From a virus (taxonomy: Duplodnaviria; Caudoviricetes): a stretch of 33,080 bases of DNA. Below the pieces are notes generated by a model. That model did not search any database, had not been told where the DNA came from, and worked only from the letters and a program-made list of their open reading frames with translations. The stretch is taken from IMG/VR virus record IMGVR_UViG_3300044564_000065, positions 1-33,080 of that record; one strand, written 5' to 3'. The position numbers were made by a program, and so were the translations under genes. Below, piece by piece: positions 1 to 8,619 of the stretch (its first letter is position 1; the number at the start of each line of letters is the position of its first letter).

Positions 1-1152
1 TTAAGCCTGGGCAAGCTTTCGCGAGATGGCGTCTTGCGCCTGCGCATAGGTGTCAAGATACGGGTTGAGGTAGTTGGTCTCGAGGACGTTGCTCCCGGCG
101 CTCCTCCCCTGCATCTGGTTTATGAGCCGAGAGTCGAGCCCCGCCCACTGGGCAAGCGTCGCGTACGTCGCCCGCATGCGGTTGAGCTGCACGAACGGCA
201 GCCCGTCGAGCGCCGCTCCTGGCTCGAAGAGGGCCTTCCACCGCTTCGGCACGTACGACGGCGTGAGCCGGTGCCCCGTGGGGACGTTACCTGCTGTGGC
301 GTGCCTCACGCTCTGGCATATCGGTCCCGTAGCTGCCACCTCGTGGAGGGGATCCGCGAAGAGCGGAGCCAGTGGCACGCGGCGGTACCGCCGGGAGTTC
401 TTCGGCTCCTTCATTCCGTCCTCTGCTGTGCACGCCGCCCGGATGGTGACGCATGCCGTCCAGTGCTCGCGTCCGTCCATGCCGAGGGCAGACGTCCAGC
501 CAATGTCCTCCCAGTCGAGCGCGAGCGCCTCGGAGCGCGAGAGCCCGCCGCCGCACATGACGGACCAGAGCGCGAAGAGCTGGGACTCGCGGAAGGGCTG
601 GCGAGACAACGCGGCCATGACCTCCCGTGGTCCCCACACGGGCAGCGGCGACGTGTCGCGGCGCGGGAGGCGGAAGCGGTAGCCCTCCATGGGAGACTCG
701 GATATTAGGTGGTCGAAGCGCGCCTGCGAGAGCACCGCGCGAAGCGTGCGCACATAGTTCGGGGCGCTTTGCGGCGGGAGCCGGTCAATCCAGCGCTGTA
801 CCGTGACGTTCGTCACGTCCGAGAGCTGCATCCTGCCGAGCGCCGGTGATATATGGGCGCGCCAGTGGGCGTCGTACGTCTTCGCGTTGGCAGCGGTGGT
901 CGACGCGTGGCGCCCAGGCGAGAAGGTTCCCCAGAAGTAGTCGTCGAGCGTCATGCCGGTCCCAAGCGCGGCGCATCGTCCCATCTCGTCAGCCAGGCGC
1001 ACGATCTCGGCGTCAGCGTCTGCCTCGGTGCCGTGCACCACGCGCGACTTGCGGCGCTTGCGTCCGTCGTCGCAGAAGCCGCTCGTGACGGCAATCTCCC
1101 AGACTCCCGGCCTAATCTGCCTCTTTGTGCCAAGCCGCCTGCGTTCTGCCAT
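1..1152 (-). CDS. int: Tyrosine recombinase/phage integrase with atypical catalytic motifs
   Basis: ATG at 1152 preceded by AAAGGAG; N-terminal arm-binding-like region (GVWEIAV..GRKRRKSRVVHGT), SAM-like core-binding region, catalytic domain (GLSRSEALALDWEDI, EPK, NRMRATYAT, TNY); stop TAA at 1-3; prophage-edge position. Confidence 0.88.
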   Translation of the reverse strand: MAERRRLGTKRQIRPGVWEIAVTSGFCDDGRKRRKSRVVHGTEADADAEIVRLADEMGRCAALGTGMTLDDYFWGTFSPGRHASTTAANAKTYDAHWRAHISPALGRMQLSDVTNVTVQRWIDRLPPQSAPNYVRTLRAVLSQARFDHLISESPMEGYRFRLPRRDTSPLPVWGPREVMAALSRQPFRESQLFALWSVMCGGGLSRSEALALDWEDIGWTSALGMDGREHWTACVTIRAACTAEDGMKEPKNSRRYRRVPLAPLFADPLHEVAATGPICQSVRHATAGNVPTGHRLTPSYVPKRWKALFEPGAALDGLPFVQLNRMRATYATLAQWAGLDSRLINQMQGRSAGSNVLETNYLNPYLDTYAQAQDAISRKLAQA

Positions 1153-1186
1153 AATGGCACCGTCTCCTTTCACATGTGGGGACAAG

Positions 1187-1225
1187 TCCCCCGCGCGGGT
1201 CCGCCAAGACATTCCGCGCGGGGGA
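1187..1225. terminator. 12-bp perfect inverted repeat between exonuclease gene and integrase (terminator/attenuator-like hairpin)
   Basis: TCCCCCGCGCGG (1187-1198) and CCGCGCGGGGGA (1214-1225), 15-nt loop containing CGCCAAGAC. Confidence 0.55.
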
Positions 1226-1237
1226 TAACTTTTCGAC

Positions 1238-2485
1238 TTACCTCGCCGATGCAACCCACGCCTTGTAAGCGCCGAACGCCGCAGCGGCGGCGAATATCAC
1301 GGCAAACACGCCACCTCCGACGCTCTCGGCCATGGACCCGGGGATGGCGAGCGCGAATACGAGCGCCAGGAGCGCCAGGACCACCGCCACGATGCGGAGG
1401 GCGACCGTGCGCGCCTTGCCGCTACCATTCCTCGGCGGCTCGGCCGCATCGGCTGGAGATGGCACGCGCCGCTCGGCGGCGCTTGCCTCCGGGGCTGGCG
1501 AGACGGAATCGCCCTCGGTGGCATCGGTCGTCTCGGGCTCCGGCTGCGCCTCCGGCATGGGCTCCGCGCCCACGAGCCCGAGGAATTCGCGCTCGGAAAT
1601 CGTGCGCACGCCCGTGACGTCCGCGTACTCCCTGGCCTTGCGCGCCTTCCCCGTGTTCTCTCCCGAGAGGTTCACGAGCGTCGTCACCTTCTTGGTGACC
1701 CCGTTCGAGAGCTTGGCGCCGTTCTCTGCCGCGAGCGCCATGGCGTCGTGCTGGCCTATCGTGGCACCCTCGCCCGTGAAGGCCATCGTCTCCCCCGAGA
1801 GCGGGCCGTCCTCGGCTTCGAAGCGCGCGAAGTCGCGGGCATCGGTGGACACCTCGAGCAGCGCCGACATCATGGCCTGGTGGGCTAGGCTGAGCGCCTC
1901 GGCGTCGCCCAGGGCGCGGTGCGCGTCGACATTTTCGATGCCGAACGCCTCGCAGAGATCGGAGAGCTTGCGGCCGCACGAGAAGAGCTTTGCCTCAGAG
2001 ACGGTGTCATACCATGGGTTGGGGCACGAGAGGTCGGTGGACGCCGCGCAGACGGACTCGACAAACCCCCTGTCGAAGTTTGCGTTGTGCGCCATGAGCG
2101 TAAGGCCGTCGCTGAACTTGAGGAAATCAGCCACTGCGTCATGCTCGCTCGGTGCACCCTTGAGCATCTCCGGCGTGATGTGGTTCACCTCCTGCGCGTC
2201 GCGCGAGATCTTGACCCCGCAGTCCGCGAAGGACTGGAAGGTGTCCATGACCTCGTCATCGATTACCTTCACGCCGGCAATCTCGACAATTCCGTCCTTG
2301 TGCGGGTCGAGCCCGGTGGTCTCGGTGTCCATGGCCACATACGAGTGCGGAAGCTTGGCAACGCACGTACTGCCAAGGTACGGCGTGTGGTTGAGCAGTC
2401 CTACGAGCTGAGCGGCATCCTTCATGGTTTCCCCTAACCAATTGCCAATACGTATACGAGGCGCCACGCGGCGCCGGTGTGCCAT
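1238..2485 (-). CDS. DEDDh (DnaQ-like) 3'-5' exonuclease + BRCT domain + C-terminal transmembrane anchor
   Basis: Exo I VAMDTETTG, Exo II AHNANFD, Exo III HRALGDA; BRCT LSGETMAFTG..VTKKVTTLV..GKARKA..ISEREF; Pro/Glu-rich linker; two hydrophobic helices at the C-terminus; alternative start at 2425. Confidence 0.85.
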   Translation of the reverse strand: MAHRRRVAPRIRIGNWLGETMKDAAQLVGLLNHTPYLGSTCVAKLPHSYVAMDTETTGLDPHKDGIVEIAGVKVIDDEVMDTFQSFADCGVKISRDAQEVNHITPEMLKGAPSEHDAVADFLKFSDGLTLMAHNANFDRGFVESVCAASTDLSCPNPWYDTVSEAKLFSCGRKLSDLCEAFGIENVDAHRALGDAEALSLAHQAMMSALLEVSTDARDFARFEAEDGPLSGETMAFTGEGATIGQHDAMALAAENGAKLSNGVTKKVTTLVNLSGENTGKARKAREYADVTGVRTISEREFLGLVGAEPMPEAQPEPETTDATEGDSVSPAPEASAAERRVPSPADAAEPPRNGSGKARTVALRIVAVVLALLALVFALAIPGSMAESVGGGVFAVIFAAAAAFGAYKAWVASAR

Positions 2486-2492
2486 GGTCTCC

Positions 2493-3134
2493 CTACGCGC
2501 GCCATCCCGCCGGAGCGGTGTAGCTCACGACCCTTCCTATCGCGCGGAACTCAGGCGCATCCGGGTCATCGCTGCGTATGAACATGTCTCGGTACTCTGG
2601 GTCATAGCTCTCTGGGTGGAGGCGGATGCCGTCCTGGGAGAAGAAGACGCGCTTGAGCGTCGCGTCGTAGCCGTTGACGAAGACAGCGCCCACGTCGCCG
2701 TCGCGCACCTCAAGCCCCTCGTCAACAAGCACGAGCGAGCCCTCCGGGAAAAGGCGGTTCATCGAGTTGCCGGCGACCGTGAGCCAGAAGCACTCTCCGC
2801 GGCCCTCGATGAGCGACCTCGGCGTGTCCTGGTACTCGTCTGACTGCGCGAATGCCTCGCGCGGGGTCCCAGCCGCGATGCGGCCGACGATTGGGACCCT
2901 CACGGTGTCGACGGGCCTTGGCTTGATGATACCGTCTGACGGGGCAATTCCGAGGAGCTCAGACACGGTGCACCCAAGTGCCTGGCTCATGGCTATGAGC
3001 ACACTCGATTTCATTTCCCTACGACCGTTCTCGTAGTACCACACGGTCTGCTGAGCGACACCGAGCTTGTCTGCCAGCTCCTGCTGCGTGAGACCCGCCC
3101 GCTTTCGCATTTCTGCCAGCTTGTTGTGCTCCAT
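2493..3134 (-). CDS. CI/LexA-like repressor (XRE HTH + S24 peptidase)
   Basis: HTH LTQQELADKLGVAQQTVWYYENG; Ala-Gly cleavage site (IAAGTP), catalytic Ser (GNSM) and Lys (ATLKR). Confidence 0.92.
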   Translation of the reverse strand: MEHNKLAEMRKRAGLTQQELADKLGVAQQTVWYYENGRREMKSSVLIAMSQALGCTVSELLGIAPSDGIIKPRPVDTVRVPIVGRIAAGTPREAFAQSDEYQDTPRSLIEGRGECFWLTVAGNSMNRLFPEGSLVLVDEGLEVRDGDVGAVFVNGYDATLKRVFFSQDGIRLHPESYDPEYRDMFIRSDDPDAPEFRAIGRVVSYTAPAGWRA

Positions 3135-3148
3135 CTTGGCTCCAATCT

Positions 3149-3239
3149 ACCAGATGCTTGTATCTTCTAACAAATTTTTGTTGACAGCAAACAGAGAACT
3201 GTTATAGTCATGATGCAAGTTACCTACCAAACATCTGTG
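3149..3239. promoter_or_regulatory. Lysis/lysogeny switch: rightward promoter and four related 14-bp operator-like sites
   Basis: TTGACA 3181-3186 and TGnTATAGT (-10 at 3203-3208); sites ACCAGATGCTTGTA (3149), AACAAATTTTTGTT (3169), AACAGAGAACTGTT (3190), ACCAAACATCTGTG (3226); AT-rich gap between divergent repressor and cro. Confidence 0.7.
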
Positions 3240-3247
3240 AGAGCGAG

Positions 3248-3478
3248 GTGCAATTGATGAAACATCTAAAGGAAGAGCGCGAGCGTGAGGGCATTTCGGT
3301 AGACAAACTGGCAGACGCCATCGGAGTGCATCCGAACACCATCAGGGGATGGGAGCGCGGCGATTACGAGCCTACCGGCAAGAACCTCGTTCAGCTCACT
3401 TCGCTTTTCGGATGTAGTGCCGAGTACCTGCTCGACATGACGGACGAGAGGTCGGGCGGAAGGATCGCCGTCAGATAG
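3248..3478 (+). CDS. Cro-like XRE HTH regulator
   Basis: ISVDKLADAIGVHPNTIRGWERG HTH; divergent from repressor. Confidence 0.88.
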   Translation: MQLMKHLKEEREREGISVDKLADAIGVHPNTIRGWERGDYEPTGKNLVQLTSLFGCSAEYLLDMTDERSGGRIAVR

Positions 3479-3485
3479 ACGTATC

Positions 3486-3635
3486 CCGGTACCTCCCGCG
3501 CGGTCGGCGAGGATTCGCGGCGAAAGGCTCGCCAGGCTTCCTCTCCCGCCGCGTCTCAAGGCGCGCACCAATGGGCCGCGCCCCTATCCACGGACCCGCG
3601 CGCCTGCCCCGCGCCGGTCGCGCGGGGGGCACCGG
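3486..3635 (+). ncRNA. Putative structured RNA element downstream of cro
   Basis: 3486-3509 pairs with 3612-3635 over 24 bp (3 G-U pairs, 1 mismatch on + strand), enclosing smaller stems. Confidence 0.4.
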
Positions 3636-3705
3636 ATGGGACGGCACATGAAATCGGCCCCGCGGGCTGCATCCCACGAGGCCAGCGACAAGAAAGGAGC
3701 TCGTC

Positions 3706-3867
3706 ATGTCAATCATAGACCATCTGGTCGAGCGCGGCTGGCTCGCCTACGGGCCGTACGCCGAGCTGGAGATCACCGAGAGGGCGTGGCCGCTGTGTAT
3801 TGCGCTCATGGCCGCCATGGTGCTCCTGGCAGCCTTCGTCGAGCACGGGACGGTGATGGTCCCATGA
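3706..3867 (+). CDS. Small membrane protein, 53 aa (not in ORF track)
   Basis: AAGAAAGGAG RBS; MSIIDHLVERGWLAYGPYAELEITERAWPLCIALMAAMVLLAAFVEHGTVMVP; ATGA overlap with next gene. Confidence 0.65.
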   Translation: MSIIDHLVERGWLAYGPYAELEITERAWPLCIALMAAMVLLAAFVEHGTVMVP

Positions 3868-4088
3868 CCGCCGCGGAGGTCGTAGACCCCGAGCGCCGCA
3901 TGACTCCGCGCGAGGTGGCTAGGCTCGCCATGGTAGCGGACGAGGAGGTATACCGCGCCATCCACGCGCGAGAGCTCCCGGCGCGGCGCGTGGCTGCCGG
4001 CACGAGGACGTACTTCAAGGTGCGCCGCGCCGACGCCCTGGCGTGGATGGCCGGGCCTGGCGACGAGGGGGACGAGGGATGGACCTAG
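3864..4088 (+). CDS. Excisionase-like HTH DNA-binding protein
   Basis: MTPREVARLAMVADEEVYRAIHARELPA..FKVRRADALAW pattern typical of xis/HTH_17 proteins. Confidence 0.75.
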   Translation: MTAAEVVDPERRMTPREVARLAMVADEEVYRAIHARELPARRVAAGTRTYFKVRRADALAWMAGPGDEGDEGWT

Positions 4089-4480
4089 AGGACTACACGC
4101 AGCCTCCCGAGTCGGTCGCCTGGGCGGAGCGCGGGCACGTCTACCCGCGCTCGCTCCGGGCGCACGACCGGCGCGAGCTCTTCCGCCAGTGGTGCGATGC
4201 GAACCCAGGCGTCCTGGACGAGATGGAGCGCATGGCACTCGACCTCGCGCGGCGCGGCAAGCGCGTCTCGTCTAAGTACCTCATAGAACGCGAGAGGTAC
4301 GAGGGGACGTGCAGGCCGGTGGGCGTGCCGTTCTTCGACGAGGAGGGCCAGCTGCACCGCTACGCGATCAACAACAGCGACGCTCCGCTCATAACCCGCT
4401 GGCTCCTCGACAGGCACCCGGACATGGACGTCAAGCCCAGGCGCTCGATGTTCGACGATGACGAGGGGGGCGAGGGCTGA
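4079..4480 (+). CDS. Hypothetical phage protein
   Basis: ORF with RBS, overlapping both neighbours. Confidence 0.65.
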   Translation: MDLEDYTQPPESVAWAERGHVYPRSLRAHDRRELFRQWCDANPGVLDEMERMALDLARRGKRVSSKYLIERERYEGTCRPVGVPFFDEEGQLHRYAINNSDAPLITRWLLDRHPDMDVKPRRSMFDDDEGGEG

Positions 4481-5112
4481 TGTCGGTGGTCATACACGAC
4501 GACTTCTGGCGCGCGGCGCAGAGCATGCCCAAGCGCCAGCGGCCGGCGTTCATCTACGCCGTCTGCGCCTACGCCTTCGACGGCACCGAGCCCGAGGGCA
4601 CCCCGGCGTGGCTCCCTACCTTCGAGGTCGTGCGCGACCGCATCTCCATGAGCACGCGCGCCTCCGAGCGGGGCCGCATGATGGCCAACGCCAGGTGGCA
4701 CAGGGACGCCGCCGAGCCAACCACTGCCAACTCAACGGCAGATGCACAGGCACGTGCACATGCACATGCTGCGGACGATGCACAGGCAGGCTCAGGCACG
4801 TGCGCAGGCATGATGCCGAGTAAGAGTAAGAGTAAGAGTAAGAGAAAAGAGAGTTTTAGAGAAACCCATGCCGCCAAGCCATCCGTGGAGCGAAGGCGCT
4901 ACGGCACCTTCCACAACGTCATGCTCTCGGACGCTGAGCTGGATCGGCTCAAGGCCACCTTCCCAGAGGACTGGGACCAGCGCGTGGAGCGGCTCTCGTC
5001 GTACATGGCATCCAAGGGCAAGACGTACAGGAACCACCTCGCGACCATCCTGAACTGGGCGCGGATGGACAAGGCCAAGGCTGGGGGCGAGGAGTATGCC
5101 CAGTACGACTAG
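4480..5112 (+). CDS. Phage replication initiator (replisome organizer)
   Basis: N-terminal helical domain, low-complexity repeat linker, C-terminal GKTYRNHLATILNW motif; directly upstream of DnaC-like loader. Confidence 0.75.
   Translation: MSVVIHDDFWRAAQSMPKRQRPAFIYAVCAYAFDGTEPEGTPAWLPTFEVVRDRISMSTRASERGRMMANARWHRDAAEPTTANSTADAQARAHAHAADDAQAGSGTCAGMMPSKSKSKSKRKESFRETHAAKPSVERRRYGTFHNVMLSDAELDRLKATFPEDWDQRVERLSSYMASKGKTYRNHLATILNWARMDKAKAGGEEYAQYD
4741..4860. repeat. Iteron-like repeats plus purine-rich tract (probable phage ori) inside initiator gene
   Basis: GATGCACAGGCA at 4741 and 4777; CAGGCACGTGC at 4747 and 4793; (GAGTAA)x4 at 4818-4841. Confidence 0.65.
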
Positions 5113-5806
5113 GCGGTGCCCGCACTGCGGGGCCGAGCTCGCCCCGCGCACCGTCGTGCTCATGGGCCGCACCGTGTTCGCCGGCTGGGAGGAGTGCCAG
5201 TGCTACGGGGCGCGCCGCGAGCGCGACGAGGCGGCGAGGGCCGCCGCCGAGCGGCAGCGCGGCGAGGAGGCCGAGCGCAGGGCCAGGCAGGCTCGGAGGG
5301 CAGGCGTCATGCCGCGCTTCGAGCACGCCGAGCACCCGCTGGCCGCGCAGTGCGCCGAGGACATGCGCAAGGGGTGCGGCCTCTACGTCTTCGGGCCGGT
5401 CGGTACGGGCAAGACGTGCCTGGCGAGCGCCACGGCGCTGCTGCTCGTCGACCAGGGCGAGAGGGTGCGCTTCACGGCCATGTGGCGAGTGCTCGACGCC
5501 ATCAAGCGCGGCTTCCGCGACGGAACGGACCCGCTGCCGGCCTTGCAGTCGGTGGGCTTCCTCTTCCTGGACGACCTGGGCAAGGAGTCGCCGACGGACT
5601 TCGCGCTCGAGCGGCTCTTCGCCCTCGTGGACGAGCGCAGCGCGCGGATGCTGCCGACGTGCGTGACCACGCAGTACAGGCCGAGCGAGCTGATAGCGCG
5701 CCTCGCGAAGAACGGGGACCAGGACACGGCCGTGGCCATCGTCTCGCGCCTGCGGCAGCAGTGCCGCATGGTGGAGACGTCCGGACCAGACAGGAGGATG
5801 CAGTGA
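5096..5806 (+). CDS. DnaC/IstB-like AAA+ helicase loader
   Basis: N-terminal CPHCG..CQC Zn motif; Walker A GPVGTGKT; Walker B FLDDLGKE; SRL motif. Confidence 0.88.
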   Translation: MPSTTRRCPHCGAELAPRTVVLMGRTVFAGWEECQCYGARRERDEAARAAAERQRGEEAERRARQARRAGVMPRFEHAEHPLAAQCAEDMRKGCGLYVFGPVGTGKTCLASATALLLVDQGERVRFTAMWRVLDAIKRGFRDGTDPLPALQSVGFLFLDDLGKESPTDFALERLFALVDERSARMLPTCVTTQYRPSELIARLAKNGDQDTAVAIVSRLRQQCRMVETSGPDRRMQ

Positions 5807-5811
5807 GGAGT

Positions 5812-6255
5812 ATGACGAGGCCCCCGGAGGACGAGCGGGACTTCTGCCGCTGGCTCTTCTCGGACTGGTGCGGCTTCACGTACGCGGACGTGCGCCAGGA
5901 GGACGTGCTCGCGCTCGAGGGGCTGCTCTGCATCGCGTACGCGCAGCACGAGCTCGACGCGAAATATGCAATGCGCCTGCAACCGGCGCGCAGGAAGTCG
6001 GACGCGACGCGCGTCGAGACGGACGCCATGGGACGCGTCTCGTGCGCCTACATCCGCTGCGACGGCGCCTACTTCAAGGGGCGCGAGGCGGTCAGCCTCA
6101 ACTCCGACGGGTTCATAGGGATCGCGGGGTGGGCCGACGACGAGAACGTGAGGCCGTTCGCCATAGCGTTCAAGGCATGGGTGACCAAATGGCTCGTGGA
6201 GAGGGCCAAGGAGAGGAAGAGCGAGGAGGATGGAGACGAGAATGAGCAGGGATGA
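5812..6255 (+). CDS. Hypothetical phage protein
   Basis: GAGGAG RBS, ATG 5812; 3' part of track ORF 5116-6255. Confidence 0.6.
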   Translation: MTRPPEDERDFCRWLFSDWCGFTYADVRQEDVLALEGLLCIAYAQHELDAKYAMRLQPARRKSDATRVETDAMGRVSCAYIRCDGAYFKGREAVSLNSDGFIGIAGWADDENVRPFAIAFKAWVTKWLVERAKERKSEEDGDENEQG

Positions 6256-7546
6256 CGGGCGGACGGTGAGCGCGTTCCGCGAGAGCGTTCCGATGTCGCT
6301 CATAAGGCCGAGCGAGACCAACCCGCGCGAGGACATGGGCGACCTGGACGCCCTGGCGCGCTCGATCGAGGCCACGGGCGGCCAGCCGGTGAGCCCCATC
6401 GTGGTGGTCCCGGACGGAGGGGTCTACAGGATCGTGGACGGAGAGCGCCGCTTCCGCGCGCTGGGCGTCCTGGGGGCCGACCGCGCCGAGTGCGTCGTGG
6501 TCGACGGGTACGACGCCGCCGACGAGCTGGTGGCGATGATGGCCACGGACGACAAGAAGCGCCTCACCGAAGAGGAGCGGGCACGCGGCACCCAGCGGAT
6601 GCTCAGGCTCGACGTGCCGGAGGGCCGCGCCGCCGGGGCGCTCGGGGCCACAGCCGAGGGGGTACGCCGAGCCCGCAGGGTCGTGCGCGACGCCCCGGAG
6701 CAGGCCGACCTGGGCGTGATGATCGCGGCCGCGGACGAGTCGTTCTCCGAGGAGGAGCGCAAGGCCGTGCTGGGGTGCGCCAGCGACGAGCTGGCCGAGG
6801 CCAAGGCCGGCCAGATACGCAGGCGGCACAAGGCAGACGCCGAGACGCGCAAGGTGCGCGCGGCTATCGACCGCGCCCAGCCTGGGATCGAGTACCGCGA
6901 TGGCCTCGCGCCGATGTGGTCACCTGAGTCAGTGGGCCTCCTCTACCTCGGCGCCGTCACCTCGACCGACCAGGGCAAGCTCGCGAGGGTGCTCGCCGGT
7001 GCGGATGACGACGCCTCCATCGTCGCCTTCCGCCGCGCGGGGGACAAAGCTGGCTACGAGCTGTTCGTCGAGGACGCCGGCCTCGAGCGCGGGAAGGCCG
7101 AGGAGGCCGAGCGCAAGCGGAGGGACGACGAGCTCGCCGAGCGCTACAGGGGCTGCTTCTCCGACATGCTCGAGTGGGCCATCCAAGCAGCCTCTGGGAA
7201 CGGTACAGGCGGCATGAAGCCATGGCCTGACGGCTCGGACGAGTTCGTTTGCGGCCACAGGTCGCTGGGCTACTACGCCAAGGAGCTGATGCCAGAGGAG
7301 AGGATCGGGAGGCTGCTCAAGGGGATGAGATGCAACCCCTTCGAGATAGCCCTCGCCATAGCCACGCGCTACTTCGGGACCAGCAGGCTGACGTGGAATC
7401 ACAGGATTGACAAGGCGTCCGCCCAGGGCTTCGCCGAGGCGTATGACTGGTGCCGGGACCACGGCTGGTCGCCCTCGCAAGACCAGGAGGGGCTCAGGGC
7501 CACGATGGCAGAGTGGAGGAAGTGGGGTGCCGGCGATGGGCACTAG
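6230..7546 (+). CDS. ParB/Srx N-terminal domain protein
   Basis: IRPSETNPR..LARSI..PIVV..YRIVDGERRFRAL ParB motif followed by helical region. Confidence 0.8.
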   Translation: METRMSRDDGRTVSAFRESVPMSLIRPSETNPREDMGDLDALARSIEATGGQPVSPIVVVPDGGVYRIVDGERRFRALGVLGADRAECVVVDGYDAADELVAMMATDDKKRLTEEERARGTQRMLRLDVPEGRAAGALGATAEGVRRARRVVRDAPEQADLGVMIAAADESFSEEERKAVLGCASDELAEAKAGQIRRRHKADAETRKVRAAIDRAQPGIEYRDGLAPMWSPESVGLLYLGAVTSTDQGKLARVLAGADDDASIVAFRRAGDKAGYELFVEDAGLERGKAEEAERKRRDDELAERYRGCFSDMLEWAIQAASGNGTGGMKPWPDGSDEFVCGHRSLGYYAKELMPEERIGRLLKGMRCNPFEIALAIATRYFGTSRLTWNHRIDKASAQGFAEAYDWCRDHGWSPSQDQEGLRATMAEWRKWGAGDGH

Positions 7547-7904
7547 GCCGTCGTGGACAGAGGAGGAGGACGAGGCGCTGCGCCGCGCTGTCGCCTCCGG
7601 GGCGAGGACGCGCCGCACCCTGGGCGCGGCGGTGCGCGGCAGGAGCGCGGACGCTGCCTACCAGCACGCGCGCCGGTACGGCCTCATCGACACGCGCCGC
7701 GCCACCGATGTGGCGTCGGGCTTCGAGCACTGGCCATCGCCGTGCGAGAGGGCAAGGCTCGGCGTCGCGCTGCGCGGTCTGCTGCTCGACGGATGCGACC
7801 CCACGGACCGGAGGTGGGTCGTGCTGCGCCTGGCGCATGACGCGGGGGTGGACGAGAGGAGCGCGGAAGCGTGGCTGGCCGCGTCCGGATGGAGTAAGAG
7901 ATGA
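7536..7904 (+). CDS. Putative HTH/Myb-like DNA-binding protein
   Basis: WTEEEDEALRR..GRSADA motif. Confidence 0.5.
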   Translation: MGTRPSWTEEEDEALRRAVASGARTRRTLGAAVRGRSADAAYQHARRYGLIDTRRATDVASGFEHWPSPCERARLGVALRGLLLDGCDPTDRRWVVLRLAHDAGVDERSAEAWLAASGWSKR

Positions 7905-8344
7905 GCGAAATCAGCGACGAGCTGCGGAAGCGTGCGAAGACCGACTACATCGCCAAGCGATACGGCGAAGACAATTGGCTTATCCACCTCGCCGACCGCA
8001 TCGACCGCGAGATGGCGGAGCTGCCCAAGGGCATGGACGGCGTGCCAATCCACGTGGGTGACACGGTGTATCTGGACGATGGGCGCATGGCGTGTGAGGT
8101 CGTGAGCATCAGCTTCGGACGGTGGCCTGGAGGCGTGACGGTACATGTGATAGATGGCTTTTCCCAATGGCGTGACATCACATCTGAGCAGCTGTCCCAC
8201 ACCCGCACAGACAGCTGGGAGCGCATCGCGGACGAGCTGGACGAGATGGTGGATTCGTCGGACTCCGCCGACGATAGATGCGAGAAGCTTGCCGACCTCG
8301 CGGAGCGCATCCGCAAGCTGGCGGGGAGGGAGGACGAGCGATGA
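7901..8344 (+). CDS. Hypothetical phage protein
   Basis: ATGA overlaps at both ends; LPKGMDGVPIHVGDTV motif. Confidence 0.65.
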   Translation: MSEISDELRKRAKTDYIAKRYGEDNWLIHLADRIDREMAELPKGMDGVPIHVGDTVYLDDGRMACEVVSISFGRWPGGVTVHVIDGFSQWRDITSEQLSHTRTDSWERIADELDEMVDSSDSADDRCEKLADLAERIRKLAGREDER

Positions 8345-8619
8345 GCGACAGGCAGGCACGTCTTGTCGAACGCAGGCACAACCCCAGCAACGGTGGGACA
8401 TACGAGATATGGGACATAGGCGATGGATGCGGGATATACGTGGACTTCAACCCGCGCCCATGGGACACCGGGATACCGGAGACCATGGCATTCCCGTATG
8501 ACCTGCGCCGAAAGAAAGTGACGAGCTGGGCCGAGCTGGGCGCAGGACAAGAGGACGCCACAGGCGGCAAGGCCATACGCGAGCTTGGCTATGAGCCAGT
8601 GGAGGAGGACGAGCGATGA
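8341..8619 (+). CDS. Hypothetical protein
   Basis: GGAGG RBS, ATG 8341, ATGA overlaps. Confidence 0.6.
   Translation: MSDRQARLVERRHNPSNGGTYEIWDIGDGCGIYVDFNPRPWDTGIPETMAFPYDLRRKKVTSWAELGAGQEDATGGKAIRELGYEPVEEDER

Noticed and set aside
1153-1254. Longer integrase start at 1254
   Set aside because: Overlaps the upstream gene and the hairpin; ATG at 1152 has a strong AAAGGAG RBS
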